From: Ktedonobacteraceae bacterium
Lineage (GTDB): Bacteria; Chloroflexota; Ktedonobacteria; Ktedonobacterales; Ktedonobacteraceae
Assembly: GCA_042408965.1 (NCBI GenBank)
Contig: JBHOQN010000026.1
Coordinates: 1,662 to 65,661 of the forward strand
Length of the DNA stretch: 64,000 nucleotides
Direction: 5' to 3'
The position numbers were made by a program, and so were the translations under genes. Every line of letters starts with the position of its first letter. The stretch's first letter is position 1. The notes under the pieces were generated by a model. It did not search any database. It worked only from the letters and a program-made list of their open reading frames with translations, and was not told where the DNA came from. Of the stretch, positions 54,837-64,000 are shown piece by piece.

Positions 54837-55901
54837 CTATGCCTGGGTGGCCAGGAAGTCTCTCAGGGCCGCGAACACTGCGTCCGCTTTTTCGATGTGT
54901 GGTGCATGTCCGCAGTCGGCGAGCCGCAGTTCGTGGTAGAGGCCACCGTGCTCGCGGTAGCGCTCCAGGAGCAGGCGAATCTGGGTCTTCATCGGCTGAG
55001 GTGGGTAGACCTCGGCGCCAGGCCAGCCGGGCACGATCCCCAGTTGCCCGAGATAGCCGAAATCAAAAAAGGAGGTATCTGAGACAATCTGGTCGTCAAC
55101 GCCGTGAATCCAGAGAATGGGTGGCTTCGGACTCACGCTCGCCAGGGCTGCCTGGTTGAGGTAGGCAGGCGAGAGGGCGTTATTGACCCCCTGGGTGCCA
55201 GGAGCGACATGCGGCCAGTTTGCTGAGGGTCGTGCGTCGCCGGGATAGTTGCCGCTGCTGGTGCGCGTCGAGAGGATCGAGGCGACGTAGATCTCCTCGC
55301 GATCGGGCGCTGCGCGGAAGGGGGGCTTGAAATAAAAGGTGTTCATGACAAAGCGCGGCGAGCCTTGCTCGTCGCTGCTGTCCGCTTCGGCCAGGCGTCG
55401 CACGAAGTCGGGGTTGGCCGTGCCGCCGCCGCTGCCCGCAAAGTCCGGCCAGACCGGGGTTCCGCTGGCATCTCTGGTTCCTCCGAACCCAAAGGGAGAG
55501 CCTGGAGCCTGCAGGATCAGGCTGCGCAGCCGCTGCGGATAGTCAATGGCATATTGCATGACGACATTGCCTCCGAGCGACCAGCCGAAGAGGTGAAACT
55601 GGTTCAGCCCCAGGGCCTCGGCAAAGCTGGCGAGATCGTCGGAGAAGTCTCTCACTCCGCGTGTCCCATCTACGGGCAGTGCCTGGCTATCGCCGTAGCC
55701 GCGCATGTCGGGCGCGTAGATGTGGTAGCCGGCGGCCGCCAGGGAGAGCATAAGGTCCTGAAAGAAGAGCGCTGAGGAGCAGTTCCCGTGGACGAGCACA
55801 ACCGGGGGACCAGCGGAGCCGGCTTCCAGATAGGCCACCTCGAGACGCGCCGTCTGGCAGTGCCGCTGGCTGATCCCGGGCAGAAGTAGCGTCGTGGGCA
55901 T
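54837..55901 (-). CDS. Alpha/beta-fold hydrolase
   Basis: LVHGN, PDMRGYG, GWSLGG, IHGVDD and GHAPH motifs. Confidence 0.9.
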   Translation of the reverse strand: MPTTLLLPGISQRHCQTARLEVAYLEAGSAGPPVVLVHGNCSSALFFQDLMLSLAAAGYHIYAPDMRGYGDSQALPVDGTRGVRDFSDDLASFAEALGLNQFHLFGWSLGGNVVMQYAIDYPQRLRSLILQAPGSPFGFGGTRDASGTPVWPDFAGSGGGTANPDFVRRLAEADSSDEQGSPRFVMNTFYFKPPFRAAPDREEIYVASILSTRTSSGNYPGDARPSANWPHVAPGTQGVNNALSPAYLNQAALASVSPKPPILWIHGVDDQIVSDTSFFDFGYLGQLGIVPGWPGAEVYPPQPMKTQIRLLLERYREHGGLYHELRLADCGHAPHIEKADAVFAALRDFLATQA

Positions 55902-55949
55902 GGCTGGAGTGCCTCCTTCTTCATGTTAGCCAGAGTGAATGGTGAAACC

Positions 55950-55963
55950 TGATTCATGAATCA
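55950..55963. promoter_or_regulatory. Perfect 14-bp palindrome TGATTCATGAATCA, candidate repressor operator for the hydrolase
   Basis: About 50 nt upstream of the hydrolase ATG, directly downstream of a TG-c-TAGATG -10-like element on the minus strand. Confidence 0.5.
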
Positions 55964-56160
55964 TCTAGCATACAGCTTACCCCAGCCTGCGTGAAAAATC
56001 AAGCGAGCGTTGCTCGGCCACTGCTGCCGGGGGGCGATCAGCGTGGAGACCTTGCAGAGCCTCTCGTTATTTGCTATCCTTAGATCAGGACGACTCCATC
56101 AAGAGAGAATTCTCGCCGGTCGTACATAGATCTCTATCTGAACTGAGGAAACGAGAAGTT

Positions 56161-56940
56161 ATGGACAGGTCTCCTCAAAGTACCGGCTCGATTGCCGACG
56201 AAATCCAGGCCACCCTGCTCGACCTCGAAGGTGAGGAGGGGGAAGAGCATGTGCACCTTCCCAATCCGAGCTACTGGCCTTTCTTACTGGCCCTGGCGGT
56301 GGCGGTAGCCATAGCCGTGCTGGTCTTCCTTGGCAGTGCGCCGCTGGTTTCGCTGGCGATCTCGCTGGTGGCGGCCATCTTCGTGGTGGCCTTTATGCTC
56401 GGCTGGGGGCTGGAGGATCCCTTTCAACCCTTGCCGGAACGCTATGTCCTGGCTCCTGCGCAGGCGAGCGATCGCTCCCCGTTCAAGATCGGCCAGGAGG
56501 TGCTGGATGCGCAGGGGAACTGGCTCGGAACCATCCAGGCCCGTTTCCCCACCTATCTGCTGGTTGAGCGCGGGCGTCTCTTTCCGAAGGTCTATTATGT
56601 GCCGCGCTCTGCTATTAAGGAGCGGGTCGGGGAGGATCTTCTGCGGCTCAGCCTGAGTGAGGAGGAGTTACAGCGCATGGGGTATAACCGTGTGCCTGAG
56701 GATCTCGCTGTCGAGCCGCCAGAGCCGCGTACGCCACGTGTGCGGGGCATTCCCCAGTTCGGCAAGCGGCCGCTCTCGCCGGCGGAGACCGGCCATTATC
56801 TCTACGGTGCGCGCTGGCCCGGCATTAATACCGACGCCAAGAATTCCTATCATCTCGACGAGATTCAGCCCGACCCCAGTGCCTATGTCACTGAGGGGTA
56901 TCCCGTCCTCAATCATGCCCCAGCAGGGAGTGGCAACTGA
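56161..56940 (+). CDS. Hypothetical membrane protein: cytochrome oxidase-like 2-TM hairpin plus PRC-barrel/DUF2171-like domain
   Basis: HVHLPNPSYWPFLLAL 2-TM segment; IGQEVLDAQGNWLGTI...LLVERGRLFPKVYYVPRSAI. Confidence 0.65.
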   Translation: MDRSPQSTGSIADEIQATLLDLEGEEGEEHVHLPNPSYWPFLLALAVAVAIAVLVFLGSAPLVSLAISLVAAIFVVAFMLGWGLEDPFQPLPERYVLAPAQASDRSPFKIGQEVLDAQGNWLGTIQARFPTYLLVERGRLFPKVYYVPRSAIKERVGEDLLRLSLSEEELQRMGYNRVPEDLAVEPPEPRTPRVRGIPQFGKRPLSPAETGHYLYGARWPGINTDAKNSYHLDEIQPDPSAYVTEGYPVLNHAPAGSGN

Positions 56941-57055
56941 TGCGAGCTTCCCGTCTGCTGCGACCGGCTCAGCCTGAAGTGGCGTGAGCCTGCCTTACGG
57001 ACGGGTGGCGTGCAGGTTCGGTCCTGGGGAGCAGCAGGTAGTGCGGCTTGGCCGA

Positions 57056-57805
57056 TCAGTCCGGCTGCTCCTTGCCCGACGCTTTGCCTGCATAGTAGGT
57101 GCAGAGATCCTGCAGAAAGCACTGCTGGCAGCGTGGCCGCTCGAAGAAGCAGCGACGCTGTCCGTGCCAGACCAGTCCCTTGTGAAAGTTGTAGATCGAG
57201 CGCGCGTCGGCCGGCAGCAGATGCTGCAGCAGGGTATGCGCCTGATCGGCCGAGACCTTTTTGCCGATCAGGCCCAGACGGATCGAGATGCGGTGGACAT
57301 GGACATCGACGGGCAGGATCGGTTTCTGGCAGCTAAAGAGCAGCACGCAGGCAGCGGTTTTGGGACCGACCCCCTCGAAGCGGCTCAGCCAGGCTGCCCC
57401 CTCTGCTGTGGGCAGAGTGCGCAGAAAGTCCAGGTTCAGCGCTCCCCGCTCCGTGCTGATCTGGCGCAGGATGGCCTGCAGACGCGGTGCTTTGATCTCC
57501 GGCCAGGTGACGTGAGCGATGGCCTGCTCGACCTGCTGCGTAGGGGCATCGCGTACTGCCTCCCATGAGCCAAAGCGCCTGAGCAGGGCAGCGTAGGCTG
57601 CGGCGGTCTGCTCGTCGCGCGTACGGTGGGAGAGCAACACAGCGACGAGCTGGCTGAGGGGGTCCTTCTCGGACCAGGGCGGCTCGCCGTAGTGAGCGAC
57701 GAGCCGCGCCGTAATCTCGCGCGCTCTGGCGGCCAGGACGGCCCTGTCGGCGAGCGGATAGCCGTAATCGGCCTGCCCACTCGTCTGTTTCTGGTGCTCC
57801 TTCAT
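57056..57805 (-). CDS. nth: Endonuclease III-family HhH-GPD glycosylase
   Basis: LSHRT, GVGPKTAACV, PVDVHVHR and 4Fe-4S CxxxxxxCxxCxxxxxC motifs. Confidence 0.88.
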   Translation of the reverse strand: MKEHQKQTSGQADYGYPLADRAVLAARAREITARLVAHYGEPPWSEKDPLSQLVAVLLSHRTRDEQTAAAYAALLRRFGSWEAVRDAPTQQVEQAIAHVTWPEIKAPRLQAILRQISTERGALNLDFLRTLPTAEGAAWLSRFEGVGPKTAACVLLFSCQKPILPVDVHVHRISIRLGLIGKKVSADQAHTLLQHLLPADARSIYNFHKGLVWHGQRRCFFERPRCQQCFLQDLCTYYAGKASGKEQPD

Positions 57806-57898
57806 GTTCAGCCTTCACCTCGTTTCGCGCGCTCTGCTGCCCCGCTCTCTCCATCTTCTGGCTGCTTGCCCTGGCCAGCGCGCCGTTGTTCGGAGCGC

Positions 57899-58894
57899 TC
57901 AGCCCTGGGATGGTTGCAGGGCCGCGTCTGTCGACTGTTGCGCTGGTGTTGCGCTCTGGCTCTCCTCCTGTGCGCTCTGGCTCTCCAGCCAGCGCTCCAG
58001 GTCGATTGCGGCGCGACAGCCGTCGCCTGCCGCGGTCACGGCCTGCCGATAGCGATGGTCAGTGACATCTCCGGCGGCGAAGACACCAGGGATGTTCGTC
58101 ATCGTGTGCTCGACGGGGACGATGTAGCCTGCCTGGTCCATCTGAATGATGCCCTTGAAGAGGGCAGTGTTGGGCTGGTGGCCAATGGCCAGGAAGAGAC
58201 CCTGCACGGCCAGGGTGCTCTCCTCGCCGGTCTGTACGTTGCGCAAACGCAGCCCGGTCACTCCTTCCTCGCCCAGGACCTCAATGACTTCGCTGTTCCA
58301 GATAAAGCTGATCTTGGGATGTTTCTGGGCCCGCTCCTGCATGATCTTGCTGGCTCGCAGAGTGTCACGGCGGTGGATCACGGTCACGTGAGTGGCGTAG
58401 CGTGTCAGAAAGAGGGCTTCCTCCATGGCGGTATCGCCGCCGCCGATGACGGCCACGTCCTTGTTCTTGAAGAAGAAGCCGTCGCAGGTGGCGCAGGCGC
58501 TGACTCCTCGTCCCTGCAACTGCTGTTCACTGGGCAATCCCAGCCATCTGGCGCTGGCCCCGGTTGCGATGATCACGGCGCGCGCCAGAAACTCGCCCGA
58601 ATCGCTGGTGATGAGGAAGGGCCGTCGACTGAAGTCCACGGCGCTCACGTCTTCGGCCAGCATCTCAGCTCCGAAGCGCCGCGCCTGCTGCTCGAATTTC
58701 TCCATCAACTCCGGTCCCAGGATGCCCTCTTCAAAACCCGGGTAGTTCTCGACCTCGCTGGTGAGCATCAGTTGCCCGCCTACCTGATAGCCCTGGAAGA
58801 CCAGTACCGAGAGGTTTGCGCGGGCGGCGTATATCGCGGCTGTGTAGCCTGCCGGCCCCGAGCCGATGATGATGGCGTCATAGATCTTTGGCAT
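57899..58894 (-). CDS. trxB: Thioredoxin-disulfide reductase
   Basis: GSGPAG, GGQL, EVENYPGF, CATCDG, GGGDTA and GDV...RQAVTAAG motifs. Confidence 0.96.
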   Translation of the reverse strand: MPKIYDAIIIGSGPAGYTAAIYAARANLSVLVFQGYQVGGQLMLTSEVENYPGFEEGILGPELMEKFEQQARRFGAEMLAEDVSAVDFSRRPFLITSDSGEFLARAVIIATGASARWLGLPSEQQLQGRGVSACATCDGFFFKNKDVAVIGGGDTAMEEALFLTRYATHVTVIHRRDTLRASKIMQERAQKHPKISFIWNSEVIEVLGEEGVTGLRLRNVQTGEESTLAVQGLFLAIGHQPNTALFKGIIQMDQAGYIVPVEHTMTNIPGVFAAGDVTDHRYRQAVTAAGDGCRAAIDLERWLESQSAQEESQSATPAQQSTDAALQPSQG

Positions 58895-59019
58895 AGATAC
58901 TCCGCTTCTCTTCTTTGACACGTTCCTCGCTGAGAGGAGAGGTTCTATTCAGGTAACAATGTGAGGGAGGCTTTTTATGCCAGGCCGGGCCAGACGTGCC
59001 GGGCGTCTGCAGCTCTCTC

Positions 59020-60990
59020 TTAATCCTGCCAAACCTCCTGATAAGGATCGGGGCTGGCCGGACCGCGCGCGCGGTTAAGGGCGGCATCGATGTTGGTGCA
59101 GGCGGTGATCAGGGAGAGGTGTGTGAAGGCCTGGGGAAAATTGCCCAGTGCTTCGCCGCAGAGGCCAACCTCCTCAGCGTAGAGGCCGACATGGTTGCTG
59201 TAGGTCAGCATCTTCTCCAGGAGGAGGCGGGCCGCATCGAGGTGGCCGCAGCGCGCCAGTACCTCGGCGAACCAGAAGCTGCAGGGGCTGAAGGTTCCTT
59301 CGGTGCTGCCCAGCCCGTCGTCGGCAGCTCTGTGGGGATCGTAGCGATGCACCAGGGAGTCGCTGGCCAGCTCGCGCTGGATGCGTTCAATCGTTTTGAG
59401 CATACGTGGCTCGTTGGGGCCGGTGAACTTGACGATGGCCATCAGCAGTGCGCTGGCATCGACCTCTTCGCTGCCGTAGTACTGGACGAAGCTCTGTTTT
59501 TTCTCGCTCCATCCTTTGTGCATGATCTGCTCGTAGATGTGGGCGCTGGTGTCCATCCACTCGACCATGGGTGCGGGCCAGCCGCGGTGGCGTGCGAGGC
59601 GCAGGGCGCGATCGAAGGCGACCCAGCTCATGACGCGCGAGTGCACGAAGTGTCTGGGGCCGCCGCGCACTTCCCAGATGCCTTCGTCGGGATCGTCCCA
59701 GTGGTTCTGTAGCCAGTCCAGCAGACGGCGCAGGTTCTCCCAGAGGTCGTAGGAGATGGTGCTGTAGCGGTTGAAGATGTAGATGGCGTCCAGCAGCTCG
59801 CCGTAGACGTCGAGCTGCTGCTGCTTATAGGCGGCGTTTCCGATGCGTACGGGGCGACTCTTCTTATAGCCTTCAAGATGGTCGAGGGTGTACTCGGTCA
59901 GTTCCTGCTCACCGTTGATGCCGTACATTGGCTGGAGCGAGCCGTTCTCTTTCAGCTCGTGGCAGCGGGCGTCCAGCCATTTCATGAAGGCTTCGGCCTC
60001 CTGGGTAAAGCCAAGGGTCAACAGGCTGTAGAGTGTGAAGGCGGTGTCGCGTAGCCAGGTGTAGCGGTAGTCCCAGTTGCGGGCGCCGCCAATCGTTTCG
60101 GGCAGGCTTGTGGTGGGGGCAGCCACGATGGCGCCCGTGGGTGCATAGGTCAGCAGCTTGAGAACCAGGGCTGAGCGCTGGACCATCTCGCGCCAGCGTC
60201 CCTGGTAGCGGCATTGAGCGAGCCAGCGCCGCCAGAAGGCCAGGGTCTTCTGAAAGGCCTCGTGGTAGCGACGAGAGGAGACGTGCTGTGGCCCGAGGTC
60301 CTCCCTGCGAGCGCTCTCAAGGAGAAAGTAGGCCGCCTGGCCGGCATGCAGGGTAAACGTCGCCCGCACGCCTCCCTGGCCGTCCTCCTCCAGGGGTACG
60401 CTGCTGGCCAGGCCGAGCGAGAGGCCGTCGCTGTGGAAGAGGGCGCCGTCCTGTGTCAGCCGGACCACGTGCTGGTCGCGCGCGTAGTTGAAGGCCGGCC
60501 GGCAGACCATCTCGAAGCTGAGCGAGCCGCGTACGACGCTGACGGCGCGGTAGAGGTGGTGCTGGTGTTCCGCGCTCCCTGGTTGTTTGATCGGCATGAA
60601 ATCGGTGATCTCGCCCACCCCATCGACCGTCAGAAAACGGGTGACCAGAATATTCGTCTCAGGGATATAGAGTTGCTTATGGCCCATGGGATTCTGCGCA
60701 GGCGGGGCGATGCGGAAGAAGCCGCCCTTCCGGGCATCGAGCAAGGCTCCGAAAACGCTGGGCGAATCGAAGCGGGGAATACAGCACCAGTCGATCGAGC
60801 CATTCTTACCGACCAGAGCGACGGTATGCAGGTCGCCGATCACTGCGTAGTCTTCAATGGGCTGGTAGGCGGTTGCTGCACCGCTGGCCGTTGCCATCGC
60901 TGGCTGCTCACTATGGGCACTGCTCTCGTGTCTGCCCTGGGACGCTGAAGACTGAGACGCGGATGCTTTCTGCTGCTTTGGCCGTTGCAT
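59020..60990 (-). CDS. Glycoside hydrolase family 15 (trehalase/glucoamylase-like)
   Basis: [44 protein letters not shown] and GNFPQAFTH motifs. Confidence 0.93.
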   Translation of the reverse strand: MQRPKQQKASASQSSASQGRHESSAHSEQPAMATASGAATAYQPIEDYAVIGDLHTVALVGKNGSIDWCCIPRFDSPSVFGALLDARKGGFFRIAPPAQNPMGHKQLYIPETNILVTRFLTVDGVGEITDFMPIKQPGSAEHQHHLYRAVSVVRGSLSFEMVCRPAFNYARDQHVVRLTQDGALFHSDGLSLGLASSVPLEEDGQGGVRATFTLHAGQAAYFLLESARREDLGPQHVSSRRYHEAFQKTLAFWRRWLAQCRYQGRWREMVQRSALVLKLLTYAPTGAIVAAPTTSLPETIGGARNWDYRYTWLRDTAFTLYSLLTLGFTQEAEAFMKWLDARCHELKENGSLQPMYGINGEQELTEYTLDHLEGYKKSRPVRIGNAAYKQQQLDVYGELLDAIYIFNRYSTISYDLWENLRRLLDWLQNHWDDPDEGIWEVRGGPRHFVHSRVMSWVAFDRALRLARHRGWPAPMVEWMDTSAHIYEQIMHKGWSEKKQSFVQYYGSEEVDASALLMAIVKFTGPNEPRMLKTIERIQRELASDSLVHRYDPHRAADDGLGSTEGTFSPCSFWFAEVLARCGHLDAARLLLEKMLTYSNHVGLYAEEVGLCGEALGNFPQAFTHLSLITACTNIDAALNRARGPASPDPYQEVWQD

Positions 60991-61387
60991 GCCAGGGTCC
61001 TTTCATCACGTGATTCCCTTCTGCCAACAGGGTATGGTATAGGTAGAAGGTTGTTGCTCACCAGCAGTAAGCAGAGACCCCCTGTCTGTGGGCCTGCTGA
61101 GGTCTGCTGCGCCTGATGCACTGATGCTCCCGATGCGCCTGGAGCCGTGCCCGGTCTGTGCTCTTCCCTTGCAGGGGGAGTGGTGCGCGCTTGCGCTCGC
61201 GACAAGTGCGCCGCTGCTCTGCTATGCATTGTATCACAGAAAGGCAGAGGCAGAGACAGCCGTATGGCTTCTCGTTTGTTGCCACAGGCTACTTCGGTAT
61301 CATAGAATAGGGTGCATATCAGGCCCGGGCGGGCTACTCTGGCGTCCATGTCTGGCTCGGTGTTCACAGTAGAAGGAGAACAGTAGC

Positions 61388-61735
61388 ATGGCTATGGCTG
61401 ATTTCGCATCCGTACCTGACTTCGACGAGGTGACTACATGTATTGTGCAGCGCTTCGAGGCGATGCGCCCATTGATGAGTCAGTGGGCGGATCTGGCGCG
61501 GTTGGCCGTTCAAGGTTTACCGCATGACGCGGCCAGGCTTGCGGATCTGGAACGCCGTTTGAACCTGCTGCGCGCCGATCTGCGTGCGTTCGTCCTGGTG
61601 GCTTCTGAGCATTTTTCTGATAGTCAGCTTGAGGTGCTGCGCCGGCGGGCCAGTATGAGTAAGTACGCCTGGCGCATGCTCAAGAAGCAGCGGGCGGTGA
61701 CGACACGCCACGGCTTTACGCTGGTGAGCTTTTAG
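61388..61735 (+). CDS. Hypothetical helical protein
   Basis: AGGAG RBS; upstream promoter TTGCCA-18-TAGAAT (61279-61308); 115 aa. Confidence 0.7.
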   Translation: MAMADFASVPDFDEVTTCIVQRFEAMRPLMSQWADLARLAVQGLPHDAARLADLERRLNLLRADLRAFVLVASEHFSDSQLEVLRRRASMSKYAWRMLKKQRAVTTRHGFTLVSF

Positions 61736-61833
61736 CCGTCCAGTCCCGGGCGACCTGCTGTTTCCAGGTCCCGTTCAGGTGCAGCCTCTGGGGCGCGAGG
61801 TCCAGTGGCTGCCTCCTGAAGAAGGAGAGTGCT

Positions 61834-62997
61834 ATGACCAGGGAGACGCGCGTTCTGGCGATCGATGTTGGCACTGGTACGCAGGATATCCTGCTCTTTG
61901 AGAGTGGCAGGAGCATGGAGAATAATGTGAAGCTGGTGATGCCTGCTCCTACAGTGATCGTTGCCGAGCGCATCAGGCGAGCCACGGCGCAAGGCCAGGC
62001 GCTGGTGCTGACGGGGGTCACGATGGGCGGTGGCCCGTCACACTGGGCAGCGCGCGACCATGTCCTGGCCGGGTATGCGCTGGCAGTGACCCCTGATGCG
62101 GCGCGCACGTTCGATGATGACCTGGAGCAAGTGGAGCGGATGGGGTTTGAGGTGATCGATGAGCAGGAGGCGGCGCGGCGCGTGCAGGCCGGCCGTGCTC
62201 TGCATCTTGAACTGCAGGATCTGGATGCTGACGCCCTGATCACGGCGCTGCGGACCTTTGATCTTGATCCGCGTGTGGATGCGCTGGCGATCGCGGCCTT
62301 TGATCATGGGGCGGCGCCTCCTGGCTACAGCGATCGGCGCTTCCGCTTTGAGCTGCTCGAACGGACGATCAGGCGCTCACCGACCCCGGCCGCTTTCGCG
62401 TATCTGGCCGGGGAGATCCCGTCCGCGCTGACGCGCCTGCAGGCTGTGGTGCGCAGTGCCGAGCGCTATGTGCGCTTGAGCGGCTCCGACGAGCAGATCC
62501 CCGTGCTGCTCATGGACACGGGGGCAGCCGCAGTTCTGGGAGCGCTGGAAGACCCTCTGGTGCGTCGGCAGCCAGCAAGCCTGCTCTGCAATATTGGCAA
62601 TTTCCACACACTGGCCTTTCATCTGGTGGAAGGAGAGATCGCAGGCCTTTTTGAGCATCACACCGGTGAGATCACGCGCGCGCGTCTTGAGGAGCTCTTA
62701 CTGAAACTGGCCGCGGGCAGTCTGACGAACGATGAGGTCTTTGACGATAATGGTCATGGGGCCTTGATTGTGCGGCCTGCTGCTACGAGGGGACAGGACG
62801 AGAGAGGTCCTTTTCTGGCAGTGACGGGACCGCGCCGCGAGTTGCTGCGAGGCTCGGCGCGCGCTCCGTACGAGGCAGTCCCCCATGGTGATATGATGCT
62901 GGCTGGATGCTTCGGACTCTTGCGCGCGCTGGCTGAGCGCGTGCCGACACTGGGGGAGGCCATCCGACCGGCGTTGCTGGGGGAGCCATCGGCCTGA
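61834..62997 (+). CDS. DUF1786 family protein (actin-like ATPase/ASKHA-type signature)
   Basis: AIDVGTGTQD, GVTMGGGP, DHG, MDTG, NIGNFHT, FEHHT, GHG and GDMMLAGCFGL motifs. Confidence 0.8.
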   Translation: MTRETRVLAIDVGTGTQDILLFESGRSMENNVKLVMPAPTVIVAERIRRATAQGQALVLTGVTMGGGPSHWAARDHVLAGYALAVTPDAARTFDDDLEQVERMGFEVIDEQEAARRVQAGRALHLELQDLDADALITALRTFDLDPRVDALAIAAFDHGAAPPGYSDRRFRFELLERTIRRSPTPAAFAYLAGEIPSALTRLQAVVRSAERYVRLSGSDEQIPVLLMDTGAAAVLGALEDPLVRRQPASLLCNIGNFHTLAFHLVEGEIAGLFEHHTGEITRARLEELLLKLAAGSLTNDEVFDDNGHGALIVRPAATRGQDERGPFLAVTGPRRELLRGSARAPYEAVPHGDMMLAGCFGLLRALAERVPTLGEAIRPALLGEPSA

Positions 62998-63020
62998 GCC
63001 GCTGCTGAGGGTATGCGCGG

Positions 63021-63521
63021 TCAGGAAGGCTGACCGGGGACCTTCAGCGGGATCGGCTGGTCTGTACGGCGCTGGCGGCGTGTTTTGCGGCGAGGTAGGG
63101 CGTCATCGCTGGTGGAGGAACGGTCAAGGATGCGCGAGACCTTCTCGCGAATCAAGGTGATCTGCGAATGGACGGCCTGGCGGGACTGCTGCAGTTTGCG
63201 GGCGATGGCGGAGGGACGTTCGCTGTTGGCAAGATAACGACAGATGGTGGCTTGCTTCTCGGTCAGATCGATGTCGGGATGAGAGAGGGCAGTGCGAGCC
63301 AGATCGGCGAGTTCGCCATAGCGTCTGCGCTTGTACTCATCGAGGTCGGCTGGGGAGAAGAGCCAGCGATCGACGACGCGCACGCCGGGGATGCGTCCGG
63401 CCTCTACGAGGTGCATAAAATGCCAGTAACTCAGCTCAAGCTGCCTGGCGGCTTCATGCGTGGTTAACATACCATTCAGATGCTGCAGGTTATAGTGCAG
63501 TTCATCACTCCGTAGAGCCAT
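63021..63521 (-). CDS. DNA-binding protein with excisionase-type HTH and LuxR-like HTH
   Basis: LTTHEAARQLELSYWHFMHLVEAGRIPG; LTEKQATICRYLA...PSAIARKLQQSRQAVHSQITLIREK. Confidence 0.7.
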   Translation of the reverse strand: MALRSDELHYNLQHLNGMLTTHEAARQLELSYWHFMHLVEAGRIPGVRVVDRWLFSPADLDEYKRRRYGELADLARTALSHPDIDLTEKQATICRYLANSERPSAIARKLQQSRQAVHSQITLIREKVSRILDRSSTSDDALPRRKTRRQRRTDQPIPLKVPGQPS

Positions 63522-63838
63522 CTTGGACGCCTTTCTCCAGGTTGATTCGTAGTCTCGTGCGCCCTGTGCGGGCGGGTGGTCAGTGCATGCCCATGCTTCC
63601 ATGCTCATGCTTCATGGTGAGTATACCATACCAGGGGAGGGATAGCAAGGCGCAACAGTCCCCCCTGCAGCCAGGGGACGCTTGCCCGAGGCGCCGGAGC
63701 CTGCTCTCTGTCGGAGGAGGAGCGATTAACAAGAAAAACACCTCTGGCCCATGAGAACCTGCCGGCCCTCATGTAACCAGGGTGCCTCTGGCGGTGAGAC
63801 GCCGCATGAGCGCCTCTGCTCTGCTCAGGATAAATAGG

Positions 63839-64000
63839 CTAGCGAGGCCGGTTGAAGAGATTCTGAAGACGCATGGCCAGCATCATGTCGCCGCTGATCT
63901 TCACCTTGCCGGTCATGAACGCGGTCGTGGGGTCCAGCTTGCCCTCGACGATGGAGGCCCAGTCTTTGTCGCTGACCGTGAGGGTGATATCCGGCTTCTC
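63839..64000 (-). CDS. 3' part of an SCP2 sterol-binding domain protein (truncated by the window edge)
   Basis: EKPDITLTVSDKDWASIVEGKLDPTTAFMTGKVKISGDMMLAMRLQNLF. Confidence 0.85.
   Translation of the reverse strand, partial: EKPDITLTVSDKDWASIVEGKLDPTTAFMTGKVKISGDMMLAMRLQNLFNRPR

Noticed and set aside
1-64000. CRISPR array, tRNA, rRNA, integrase or prophage genes
   Set aside because: No regularly spaced repeat-spacer units, cloverleaf/T-loop signatures, rRNA motifs or tyrosine recombinase were seen by eye

Overview
64 kb of GC-rich chromosomal housekeeping DNA, with about 48 genes. Gene content and style (Hanks kinases with FHA domains, QATATA-stalk membrane proteins, form II cox cluster) suggest Chloroflexota/Ktedonobacteria, Thermogemmatispora-like; this is inference, not a database hit. 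Main blocks: (1) Na/Pi cotransporter with a 4x11-bp Pho-box-like array; (2) two GT-C mannosyltransferase-like genes plus dedA; (3) three Hanks kinase genes, two of them catalytically degenerate kinase-FHA fusions; (4) sua5 and miaB-TPR-small basic peptide-PucR; (5) pncB with an NrtR-like operator; (6) form II coxS-L-M (AYRGAGR loop), with coxD/coxE/split xdhC about 9 kb downstream; (7) one composite mobile element at 34815-37420. This is an IS200/605 (IS1341-type) tnpB whose right end is replaced by a non-autonomous IS607 derivative (tnpA stub plus frameshifted tnpB and omegaRNA-like end), followed by the orphan 3' tail of a host gene; (8) LCP, pseudokinase-FHA, hom, murJ with a long N-terminal extension, manC, ggt, a GT2 fused to a CysRS C-terminal-like domain, pepF, nth, trxB, GH15 and DUF1786. 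No rRNA, tRNA or CRISPR array was seen. A gene starting at the left edge (minus strand) has a RAMP/Cmr1-like N-terminus. All calls come from motif recognition by eye; no searches were run.
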